64,000 nucleotides of DNA, taken from the NCBI GenBank assembly GCA_963693365.1, contig CAVNZM010000011.1, forward strand, positions 2,957,098-3,021,097, in the 5' to 3' direction. The position numbers and the translations under genes were made by a program. Shown in pieces: positions 47,670 through 57,483 of the stretch; position 1 is the stretch's first letter; every line of letters begins with the position of its first letter. A model generated the notes under the pieces. The model was not told where the DNA came from. It ran no database searches and worked only from the letters and a program-made list of their open reading frames with translations. This DNA is from Amoebidium appalachense. Lineage: Eukaryota; Protista; Ichthyosporea.

Positions 47670-49245
47670 TAGTCTTTATGGTGTCTCGTAGAGAAAGTAA
47701 ACCCTGATATATAGTCATCACCCGACATCTATGTACGTGATCATGATATACCGCTGAGGGGATATTCCGAGCAAAATCCCCCATACCTGAGACTGGTCTC
47801 TCTTTGCCTCGAGTAAACAGCGTAAACCCCCCTTTTGCACTACATCTACCCGTTACACATCTATTTTAGGGTGTGGTACTTAACAAATTGGCGGTGGTAA
47901 GGGGTTGCGCTGGCGGGGAGGCGGGTAGGAGGGCAAAGGCTACGTAGTGACCATCGGATGTGAAAAGGACATGACCGGCTAGTATGGGGAAAGGGGAGCG
48001 TCCCGTTTTCGGTTTCCTTAATTATGGCGTGGGTTTGAACACAAAAAACTCGACGCCACACCGGTTGTGGTCTTATGGGCTGACCAGCACGGATGGTGTA
48101 AAATTGCTTGGCACACGGCATCAATGAAGTTAGTGTCTGCAAACCTAATTTGGTCTGCAAGGACACGAGCATGCTCCTGCTCGAGCATAAGATGCTTGCT
48201 TCGCTCCTCTGCCTCTCGTTCGCTAAGTTCCCGTGCACGTTTCTGCTGCGCTTCACGCTTACGTGCGTCTTTCTTTGCTCAAACTGTTGCTTGGGCTCCT
48301 CCACCACCAACCGTAGTATAGCGGGTTCTACCTCGATTCTGTGTGCCTCCCTTTTCGCTGCTGCCGTTCTCACGTTTATGCTCCTTTCACCTAGCACGAT
48401 GGTTTTAGTTGGGTCCTTAGGGTCAGAGAAGATGCGAGGGGCAATGGGTGGGTCGGAATTGGGATCGCGAGAGAAGATCGCTTGCTTAAGGGGCCGGTTC
48501 CCTCGCGTTGGATCACAGGACACCTGGGGAAAATAATCTGAGTCAACGAAGTGCTTGACGCAGACGTGAGGCCTACCATCTTTGTATGTTTCAAAGAAGC
48601 ATGCCTTGCTACCCCATGTTGGAGTACACTGGTACTCCCGGCTAGCAATGTCTGTTAGAGAAAGGTTCTGAGCAATTGAATAATTGTTTCAACACTCACT
48701 CGAGTGCATAGAGCTTTTGTTTACGGTCATATTCATATATGGTAGTTATATGTTTGAGCCAAAACTGTACCAATGACGAGCTTCACTAGCAACGTCCTAA
48801 TTGTGCTCATTAATTAATATTCCCGGTTCAGATGATGTCATGTCTATATTTGCCACAGGATTCTATTCTTAGAGTGGTAGTGTGCTTTATTCCCGGATAT
48901 TCTCAGAATATTTTTAGTTGTGTGAAGTAAGATTTACGTTTAACTGCAATTGGTGTGTTAAACACGTTTATTTGTGTGCTTTAGTGCAAGTTAACTAGCC
49001 ACTCAACGTGCACAGTTAACTTTTATATCTTTAACGACTTGTTTTCATTGTGCTCTCTTTTCGGCCATGCTGTACATGGCCCACCACCAGGGTGCACACG
49101 AGGCCACCATGAGGTGGCCAACGACTATATAAAGCAGTGCCTCCCATGTCACAAACATGGGAAGCAGAACGTTTGATTTACACTTTTCTACTGTCGTTTT
49201 CAGTGCACAAAACACATAGACTAGTTACCCATCATACACGACACT

Positions 49246-50454
49246 ATGTCTGACAACTTACAGTTGCAGCAACTAGTCCAACTACTGGAGAAGAGGTTGG
49301 CCTCACAAGATGCAATCATTTCTGACTTACAGAAGGAACAACGTGCACTAGAACTAGCTTCTATGAACACAATGTCCAACAGGGTTATGGGCCCCTCACG
49401 TAATGATTCCATCAAGTTCAAGGTCGACATCCCTCTCTTCACTGGCAATGATAATGATTCAGGCACGGACTACCACACATGGGCCGAAACCATGTATGTC
49501 CAGCTTTCTGGTGCTGGTCTTCTCCACACCATCGCGCCCAGTACGGAGCACCCGGCTACCCGTGAACAGGTCGACACTGCCCGTTCCTACCTGTGGCAAG
49601 CACTCTCGGTTGACGTGCGTTGTATCCTAGGGTTAACACGCACCACCACACCTGCGGAGATATGGTCGGCCCTATCTGCCCACTACCTGGAGCAATCTGA
49701 GGCCAATCAGTACGACCTTATCGGGCTGTACATGAATTCTACGCCTGAACCTACGGACACCGCGACGAAATACGCCATGAAACTCCGCGGCTACGTGCGG
49801 CGCCTAGCCGATTACGGCACACAAATTGGTGATGCTCAAGTGCTGACCAAGCTCACCAACGACCTCGGCAAGGTGCCTTACTACGAAATGCCTGTCATTG
49901 CCTACAAGATGACACCCAAGCCTACCGTGATGGGCCTCCTCCAACAGCTACGGGCATATGAGACCAGCCACCCACGTGCACGTGTGACTACCAGCTCCGG
50001 GCCGGCCGCCTTCACCACACGGGCTCCTCAACCTGTCATCTGCCACGGCTGCGGCAAACCAGGCCACATCAAGTCTCAGTGCCCCAACGGCAACGGCCAA
50101 CACAGCAACTCTGGCAACAACCGTGCCAGCACCTACCCCAAGGGTTCCTGCGTCAACCACCCACTGTCTACCAGTCACACTACCGCCATGTGCAAGGGGG
50201 GCAACCGTGCCAACGGCCGCAAACCTAAGGGTGGTCCCCTCCCGCCTGGGTCCTGCATCAACCACCCTGCCTCTACTACCCACACTACGGCACAGTGCAA
50301 GGGGGGGCTGCCGCTCCCCGGGCTTTCCTCATGTCTAGCAACGACTGTGGCACCAACAAGGTGCTCCTCGACTCTGGAGCCACTGACCATGTGTGCCCCC
50401 GGCCCGATGTGTTCGTCAACATGCTTGCGGCGCCTTACTCCACGGTCCAAGTAG
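49246..50454 (+). CDS. Copia A gag (starts inside the 5' LTR)
   Basis: IPLFTG..DYHTWAETM..; TPAEIWSAL; CCHC knuckle CHGCGKPGHIKSQC followed by two CxxH-x5-H-x4-C repeats. Confidence 0.88.
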   Translation: MSDNLQLQQLVQLLEKRLASQDAIISDLQKEQRALELASMNTMSNRVMGPSRNDSIKFKVDIPLFTGNDNDSGTDYHTWAETMYVQLSGAGLLHTIAPSTEHPATREQVDTARSYLWQALSVDVRCILGLTRTTTPAEIWSALSAHYLEQSEANQYDLIGLYMNSTPEPTDTATKYAMKLRGYVRRLADYGTQIGDAQVLTKLTNDLGKVPYYEMPVIAYKMTPKPTVMGLLQQLRAYETSHPRARVTTSSGPAAFTTRAPQPVICHGCGKPGHIKSQCPNGNGQHSNSGNNRASTYPKGSCVNHPLSTSHTTAMCKGGNRANGRKPKGGPLPPGSCINHPASTTHTTAQCKGGLPLPGLSSCLATTVAPTRCSSTLEPLTMCAPGPMCSSTCLRRLTPRSK

Positions 50455-53400
50455 CCGACAAGGGTGCATGTGCAGTGCTTGGGGTGGGCGACGTGTTCTT
50501 TTCCAGCACCATCGACGGCGTTACTGCGGTGCATCAGCTGACGGATGTACTCTACGTGCCCTCCATCCCCGACACTCTCATCAGTGTGTTCACGGCATCT
50601 ACCAACGGCGTTTTACCCCGCTTTGACACCCGCGGCGGCGTTAAGTTGTGCTACGGCGATCAAATTCTGGCCACCGGCTCGGCTGTCGGCACCAAGCTGT
50701 ACCACATGGCGGTGTCTCTTCTGCGCGCGGACACAACCCCGGACGCCCAAACCACCACTGCTCCGCGTATCCTCAAGGTTACTGCCGACCTCAACACGTG
50801 GCACTACCGTCTGGGCCATGCTGGCATTGACGCTGTACGCTCGGTCATCAAGTCTGCAGGCCTGTTGGTGGGTGGCGGTGCCAAGTCTCCGGGTGTGTGT
50901 GAGCCCTGTGCCCTCGGCAAAGCCCACCGTGTTGCCTTCTCCGAATCAACCAGCCAAGCTCCCCGGGTCCTAGCCAAGGTTCACAGCGACATCAGCGGCC
51001 CCTTCCCTCCCGCGATCGGTGGTGCTCAGTACTTGGCGACGTTCCACGACGAATTCACCGGCCACACCACGGCCGTGCCCCTCGTCAAGAAGTCGGACAC
51101 ACTGGCTGCATATGTGACGTACCACAAGGCGGCGGTTACCCAACACGGTGTTCCCATGCAGGTGTTTCAGTCCGACGGGGGGGGCGAGTACATGGGCACG
51201 GCCTTCGGGGACTACAACCGTGAGCACGGCATTCGCCATCAGGTCACTACCACCGGCTCTCCTCAACAGAATGGGACTGCCGAACGACTGAACCGGACCC
51301 TCCTCGACATGGTTCGGGCACTCCTGCAGCAGTCCGGCCTTCCGGTGGGATTCTGGGCCGAGGCAGCTGTGACCGCGGCTTTTATACGCAACATGCTCCC
51401 GTCGCGAGCCACCGGCAGCCAATCGTCTCCCGCCCTGCTGTGGACCGGCATTCCTCCCGACTACAGCCGGCTCCGTGTCTGGGGCTCTCCCTGCTACGTC
51501 CATCAACAGGATACACCGAAACTGGCGCCTCGTGCCGTCAAGGGCATCTTCGTGGGCTACCCTCCTAACATCAAGGGCTACAAGGTCTGGATTCCAGCAG
51601 CACACAAGATGACCGTCAGCCGTGACGTGCAGTTCGACGAGGCTGCTATTCTGCACCCCCTCCGTGATGTCCTATCTGATTGGTCGACCGCACCGGCAAT
51701 TCATCATTTTTTGGAGTCATCTGATTCGTCAAATCAGCCAGCCAATCACATCGTCCGGAATGATCAGCAATCTGATTCGTCTCGTCTGTCAGCCAATGAG
51801 ACAGCGCCGAGTGATCAATTGGACATTCCGATCCTGCCCGAGCCTGCACATCGGCTCCCCCGGACGACCCGTAGTGGCGCTGTGTACAACGACCAACGTC
51901 GAGGCCCGACTGCCAACGTGGCTGCTGCTACGGCCCCCCTTGCCCCCCAGGCTACGGCTCCTGCATCAACACCCATCAAGGCTTCCACCATTGTTGTCCC
52001 CAAGACTGTCCGGGCTCCACTCAAGAGTCCCCAGCGTCTGAAATGGGAGGAGGCTGCACACCGTGAGCTCAAGGCCCTGGAAGACAACGGCACCTTCACC
52101 CTTGTGCCCCGTCCAGAGGATGGCTCCACTGTCATTCCGGTCGGCTGGGTCTTTACGGTCAAGCAGGACAACGTCGGCAACGTCACTGCTTTCAAGGCCC
52201 GGCTTGTGGCCCGGGGCAACTACCAGCAGCCTGGCCAGGACTATTTCGTCACCGAGTCACCTGTGGCTGCGCTGGCTACCATCCGGCTGGTTTTGGCTAC
52301 CTCCGTGGCCCAAGGTCTGCCTCTGCGCCACATCGACGTCAACACAGCATTCCTCAACGGCACCGTCAACGAGACCATCTACATTGAGCAGCCCCCTGGC
52401 TTCGTCAACCCCTCGGCCCCCCATGCTGTCGGCTTGCTCCACAAGGCGCTCTACGGCCTAAAACAGGCACCGCGCCAGTGGTATGAGGCCCTCCGTGACC
52501 ATCTCCTCGACCAAGGCTTCATTGTGAGTGCTGCTGACCCGTGCCTGTTCATCAAGAATGCCGGGACCCCAACGTTTATTGCCCTTGCTGCCTACGTGGA
52601 TGACTTCACCGTGACGGCCGCCACTGATGCGCTCATCGACGATTTTTTCACCAAGCTGGATGCTCGTTTCTCTGCCAAGGACCTGGGTCGTCCTACCCTG
52701 CTCATCGGGCACACTCTTACCTGGCTGGAGGACGGGTCTCTGCGTCTGGGCCATCGTCAACACATCATCGACTTGGCTGCCCGTTTTCGTCTCACCCACA
52801 TGTCCGGCACCAAGACCCCCATCGTCCCGGGCCAGGCCAGTGAAAGCAACAAGACCCCAGCCCACAGCAAGAAGGAGGACTATGCCAGCCTGGTCGGTGC
52901 CCTGCTGTGGATTGCGCGTACCACCCGCCCCGACATTTCCCAGGCTCTGGGAGTCCTTACTCGACACATTCATGCGCCCACCGTCACCCACTGGACTATG
53001 GCTACCAGAGTTGTAAGCTACCTGCTGGCCACCATCGACCTGGGTATTGTCTACCGTCCCGGCCCCCCCACCCTTGTTGGCTACTCCGACTCCGACTACG
53101 CCGAGGACCGCGACACCCGGCGCTCCACCACGGGCTATGTCTTCTTCATCAACTCCTCCCCTGTGTCCTGGGTGTCTCGGCTCCAGTCCATCACCACCCA
53201 CAGCTCCACTGAGGCTGAATTTGTGGCCATGTCTGCTGCTACGAACGAGGCCCTCTGGCTCAACTATGTGATGGACGACCTGGGCCTTAATCCTATCGAT
53301 GAGCCCACCCCGGTGCCCATCCATGGGGACAATGAGTCTGCCCGGGCCCTGCTGGACACCCTGGGGGTTAAGCCCAAGACCAAGCACATCGACGTCCGCT

Positions 53401-53543
53401 ACTGCTCCGTCAAGGAACATCACCTGCTGGGCAACATCACTGTGGTCCCGGTGGCTTCTGCTGACAACAAGGCCGACATGTTCACCAAGGCCCTGTCCGC
53501 CTCTTTCTTCACCAAGGCCGTGGGGATGCTCAACATGTGTTGA
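50295..53543 (+). CDS. Copia A pol (PR-IN-RT-RH)
   Basis: LLDSGATDHV; WHYRLGH, CEPC; VHSDISGP, QSDGGGEY, QQNGTAER; KARLVARG, DVNTAFLNG, LYGLKQ, YVDD; YSDSD, KHIDVRY, ADMFTK. Confidence 0.95.
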   Translation: MQGGAAAPRAFLMSSNDCGTNKVLLDSGATDHVCPRPDVFVNMLAAPYSTVQVADKGACAVLGVGDVFFSSTIDGVTAVHQLTDVLYVPSIPDTLISVFTASTNGVLPRFDTRGGVKLCYGDQILATGSAVGTKLYHMAVSLLRADTTPDAQTTTAPRILKVTADLNTWHYRLGHAGIDAVRSVIKSAGLLVGGGAKSPGVCEPCALGKAHRVAFSESTSQAPRVLAKVHSDISGPFPPAIGGAQYLATFHDEFTGHTTAVPLVKKSDTLAAYVTYHKAAVTQHGVPMQVFQSDGGGEYMGTAFGDYNREHGIRHQVTTTGSPQQNGTAERLNRTLLDMVRALLQQSGLPVGFWAEAAVTAAFIRNMLPSRATGSQSSPALLWTGIPPDYSRLRVWGSPCYVHQQDTPKLAPRAVKGIFVGYPPNIKGYKVWIPAAHKMTVSRDVQFDEAAILHPLRDVLSDWSTAPAIHHFLESSDSSNQPANHIVRNDQQSDSSRLSANETAPSDQLDIPILPEPAHRLPRTTRSGAVYNDQRRGPTANVAAATAPLAPQATAPASTPIKASTIVVPKTVRAPLKSPQRLKWEEAAHRELKALEDNGTFTLVPRPEDGSTVIPVGWVFTVKQDNVGNVTAFKARLVARGNYQQPGQDYFVTESPVAALATIRLVLATSVAQGLPLRHIDVNTAFLNGTVNETIYIEQPPGFVNPSAPHAVGLLHKALYGLKQAPRQWYEALRDHLLDQGFIVSAADPCLFIKNAGTPTFIALAAYVDDFTVTAATDALIDDFFTKLDARFSAKDLGRPTLLIGHTLTWLEDGSLRLGHRQHIIDLAARFRLTHMSGTKTPIVPGQASESNKTPAHSKKEDYASLVGALLWIARTTRPDISQALGVLTRHIHAPTVTHWTMATRVVSYLLATIDLGIVYRPGPPTLVGYSDSDYAEDRDTRRSTTGYVFFINSSPVSWVSRLQSITTHSSTEAEFVAMSAATNEALWLNYVMDDLGLNPIDEPTPVPIHGDNESARALLDTLGVKPKTKHIDVRYCSVKEHHLLGNITVVPVASADNKADMFTKALSASFFTKAVGMLNMC

Positions 53544-54704
53544 GCACCCGTCATCAACCAACTGCGCCCTCATACTTCAGGGGGGGGAGAGAGTTGCATC
53601 CGACTGTGCAACTACGTGTACCATACTAAAATTGAGTAGGGGAATCTTTATTGTCTGTATTTTGTGCACCTGAAGCACTCGAGCTCAGTTGCATTAATTC
53701 ATACCACAATTATCCAATTGAGTAGGGGTGTTGGAGTACACTGGTACTCCCGGCTAGCAATGTCTGTTAGAGAAAGGTTCTGAGCAATTGAATAATTGTT
53801 TCAACACTCACTCGAGTGCATAGAGCTTTTGTTTACGGTCATATTCATATATGGTAGTTATATGTTTGAGCCAAAACTGTACCAATGACGAGCTTCACTA
53901 GCAACGTCCTAATTGTGCTCATTAATTAATATTCCCGGTTCAGATGATGTCATGTCTATATTTGCCACAGGATTCTATTCTTAGAGTGGTAGTGTGCTTT
54001 ATTCCCGGATATTCTCAGAATATTTTTAGTTGTGTGAAGTAAGATTTACGTTTAACTGCAATTGGTGTGTTAAACACGTTTATTTGTGTGCTTTAGTGCA
54101 AGTTAACTAGCCACTCAACGTGCACAGTTAACTTTTATATCTTTAACGACTTGTTTTCATTGTGCTCTCTTTTCGGCCATGCTGTACATGGCCCACCACC
54201 AGGGTGCACACGAGGCCACCATGAGGTGGCCAACGACTATATAAAGCAGTGCCTCCCATGTCACATGTAACTTAGAGGTTTCTCTGTGAGACTTCATTAT
54301 TTGCTGACTTACATTGACTGGCCCACCGGGACCTTTATATACTTGTGGTCTGGCTCACTGGAATGTTACATACTATTCCCGATTGGTCTACCCGCCGCTA
54401 TGGATCTAGTCGCTACCAATCAGAACACTCCAACAGAATCTTCTAGACTCCTCTAGATCTATCCTGATCTATCGTGAACCTATCCACCAGTTTATCCCGA
54501 ATATCTCGAATATTCCCGATCACTAGTGCTACGCTAACGCAGGGCATACCGGATGGCTATCCTGTTCGACACCCCCACTTGCACTGTGTTCTATCTATCT
54601 ACCGCATGCAACCTAAACCTAAGATGCAACTCTAAAACTATGCTACTATACTAACACATATAACACCTACTACACGAACATTAACACTACACTAATTGTA
54701 GTTC

Positions 54705-56257
54705 TTACTCAGCCATGCCGATGGCCTGCCGATGCTGCACTAACTTAAGTCTCCCTAAAGCTTTGGTGCACATGTCGGCCACGTTACTGTTCGTGCTGCA
54801 ATACACAAGTTCTACATCCCCATTCTCCACACACTCACGGGTGTAGTGGTACTGAACGTCGATGTGTTTGATGCTGGCCTGGAGATTGCTTCTTCCAGTG
54901 TCACAGGGTCATCCTCATTGCTATCAGCACTCTCAATTGCCATGCTGATACTGTCGCGGTACTCTACTACACCTGCGTTGATGCCGTAGGTCCCACCGCG
55001 CCTTGTAGTCATAGACGGATAGGCACTTCTGGTTGCAACCTGCAACTCTGCACTATCTTCCTCGTCTCCTGACCCTGCCGCGTCCGAATCGCCGCTGTCC
55101 TCGCCCGCGCCGTCGCCGATAGCATCTGAATCATATCCACTGTCAGTGCCGATTGCAGGCTTCCGAAAGGAATGTTGCTTCTTGACGCTGATTGGATTCC
55201 TCGATTCCATGCTCTGCTGATTTCCGATTGGCTTATGCATCAGCAATTCCATTGGCTCATCTTGCACCACCGGAATACCGGCCTTTGAGGTGCATGATTC
55301 ATCGATCACCACATCTCGCCCGACGATAGTCTTGCGCGCCTCGGTGTCCCACAACAAGTACGTCTTGCTGTCACCTGTGTAGCCGACGAATTTACACTCC
55401 CGACTCTTGGCGTCTAGCTTCCTGCGCTCGTCCTTCGGCACATGGACAAATGCCTTGCTACCAAATACACGTTGATGGCTAACATCGGGCTTCTCTCCAT
55501 ACCATGCCTCCCAAGGTGTCATGCCACCCAGTACTGTGGTTGGCGTCAGGTTCTTGATGTACACAGCTGCCTGTACTGCCAGCTGCCAGAACCCCATACT
55601 CATGCCTGCTGACTGCAGCATGCAGCGCGCCGTCTCGACAATGGTCCTGTTAGCCCTCTCTGCTACACCATTCTGCTCTGGTGTGTAAGGGACTGTCGCC
55701 TCATGTTCAATGCCGCACGCTTCCAGGAACGACTTGAACTCAGTGGAGGTGTACTCACCCCCGTTGTCGGAACGCAGAATCTTGATGCTGGCACCGTGTT
55801 GCTTCTCTACGTGTGCCTTGTACTTCTTGAAGTAAGTATGCACTTGGGATTTATGTTTCATGAAGTACACCGTAGTGAACCTTGTCTTGTCGTCGATGAA
55901 GGTGACATAATACTTGGAACCTTGCAGCGACTCCTTGTTGAACGGTCCTGCCACATCAGAATGAACTCTGTCGAGCTTCGCTGGCGCTGTCTTGCGGGGT
56001 AGCTTACTGAAAGAGAGCCGGGCTTGCTTCCCTCTCGCGCATCCCTCGCACACACCGTCATCCTGGGTTTTGCAGTCGATGCACAGACCCTCGACGATGT
56101 TTTCTTTAACCATCTTCTGTAGCGTGTTTATTGCCACATGACCAAACCGCCGGTGCCATAAACTGGCGCTGCCCTTTACCGGCTCACACACGGTGTTACC
56201 CCCACTGCTGCCGACTGCAGTGGTCACCATGTTCACGCTCTCACATACGGGTTTCAC
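54705..56257 (-). CDS. Copia B integrase fused by deletion to an out-of-frame RNase H tail
   Basis: LWHRRFGH, CEGC, VHSDVAGP, LRSDNGGEY, EQNGVAER, DPVTLEEAIS. From ~54875 another frame reads IKHIDVQYHYTRE..NVADMCTKALG..*. Confidence 0.88.
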
Positions 56258-56269
56258 TAGGAGACGATA

Positions 56270-57483
56270 CTACAGGCCTCCCTCCACTACCCCACGGGCC
56301 ACAACTTGGCCATCTGTGGCACTCTCAATCGTACACTGTCGACCGTCGGTGATGCCTCTTAACCCGTGCTTGCCGGCGCTTGAAGCCGACATCACGTTAG
56401 TTCCAAATGCTGGCACGTACAGCACATTCTGCAGTCTAAATGTCATGCTGTTGGAACTCACTTGTTAATCTTACGACGCCTATTCCTAGATAGCGCCATC
56501 ACACCCGGGGTGTTACCCAGAGCGACGGGTTTGGGTGTGATCGACCGGAAGTCTTCCATCCAGTCCTTTCGGCATGTGACATGGGAGGTTGCGCCGCAGT
56601 CCCAATACCACTCAATTGAAGAAGGGAGTCCGCTGTTTACCGCCATGGCGAGTATCTCCTTGGAAGCTCCGTTCTGCTTCGCCTTGTCGCCGCGATTGCC
56701 GCCCTTCTTCTTCTTTGGACACTGTGACTTGTAGTGCCCAAACTTGTGACATTTGTAACACTCCACCTTGGATATGTCAGTCACGCGCGGCTTGCCGGTG
56801 TCCTGTCGTGGCGTACCGCCGCGCCCTTGGGTGCTGGTCATCATCACCCGCTGCTGCTCCCTTGCAGCCTCGTTCTCCTCAAAACCACGCAGCTTGGCGA
56901 TTATCTTTTCCATTGTCTTCTCAGCTGCTGGTAAAGCTTGAATGGTCCTAACGTCGGTGCGGAATCGGTCGTCAGCGCCTACACCGTCCAGGAATTTCTC
57001 GGCAACCATGTCCTCACTAACTCCATTGGGATCGATATGAAGAAGATCCTGCACAATGCACTCCAGGCGGGCCGCATACTCCAGCACGCTTTCCGTCGGC
57101 ATCATATCAGCACGCCAGAACTGTTGAATCAACATTCTCTTGTGCTCATCTGTGTTGCGCGCAGCGTATGATGCTACCGTATCCCATATGTCCTTGGGAT
57201 TTCCTACGGCAATAGCTCGCCGACACAGGCTTGCAGGTACATCACCTAGTGTCTCCACCAGGTAGGAAGTCGCCTTCTTCTGATCCAAGGGGTCGATCTC
57301 CACCGGAGGTTGCTCCACCGGTTCGCCGTCCTCTCCTATCACTTCAGGAGCCACGTCTTCAATCGTGTACCATAATTCCTCGCCCTCGAGGAAGCACTTC
57401 ATGCGCATGGCCCACATTGAGTAGGAGATTTTGCCCTTGCCTTCTCCTTCATACATGGGAACTGGACATTTTGCTCTTCCCAT
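56270..57483 (-). CDS. Copia B gag-protease (frameshifted)
   Basis: YSMWAMRMKCFL, CYKCHKFGHYKSQC and WYWDCGATSHV; continues out of frame as LQNVLYVPAFGTNVMS. Confidence 0.85.

Noticed and set aside
52458-53573. 371-aa antisense ORF in Copia A, and similar antisense ORFs in LINE ORF1 and Gypsy gag
   Set aside because: These are shadow ORFs of GC-rich codon usage with no recognisable motifs.
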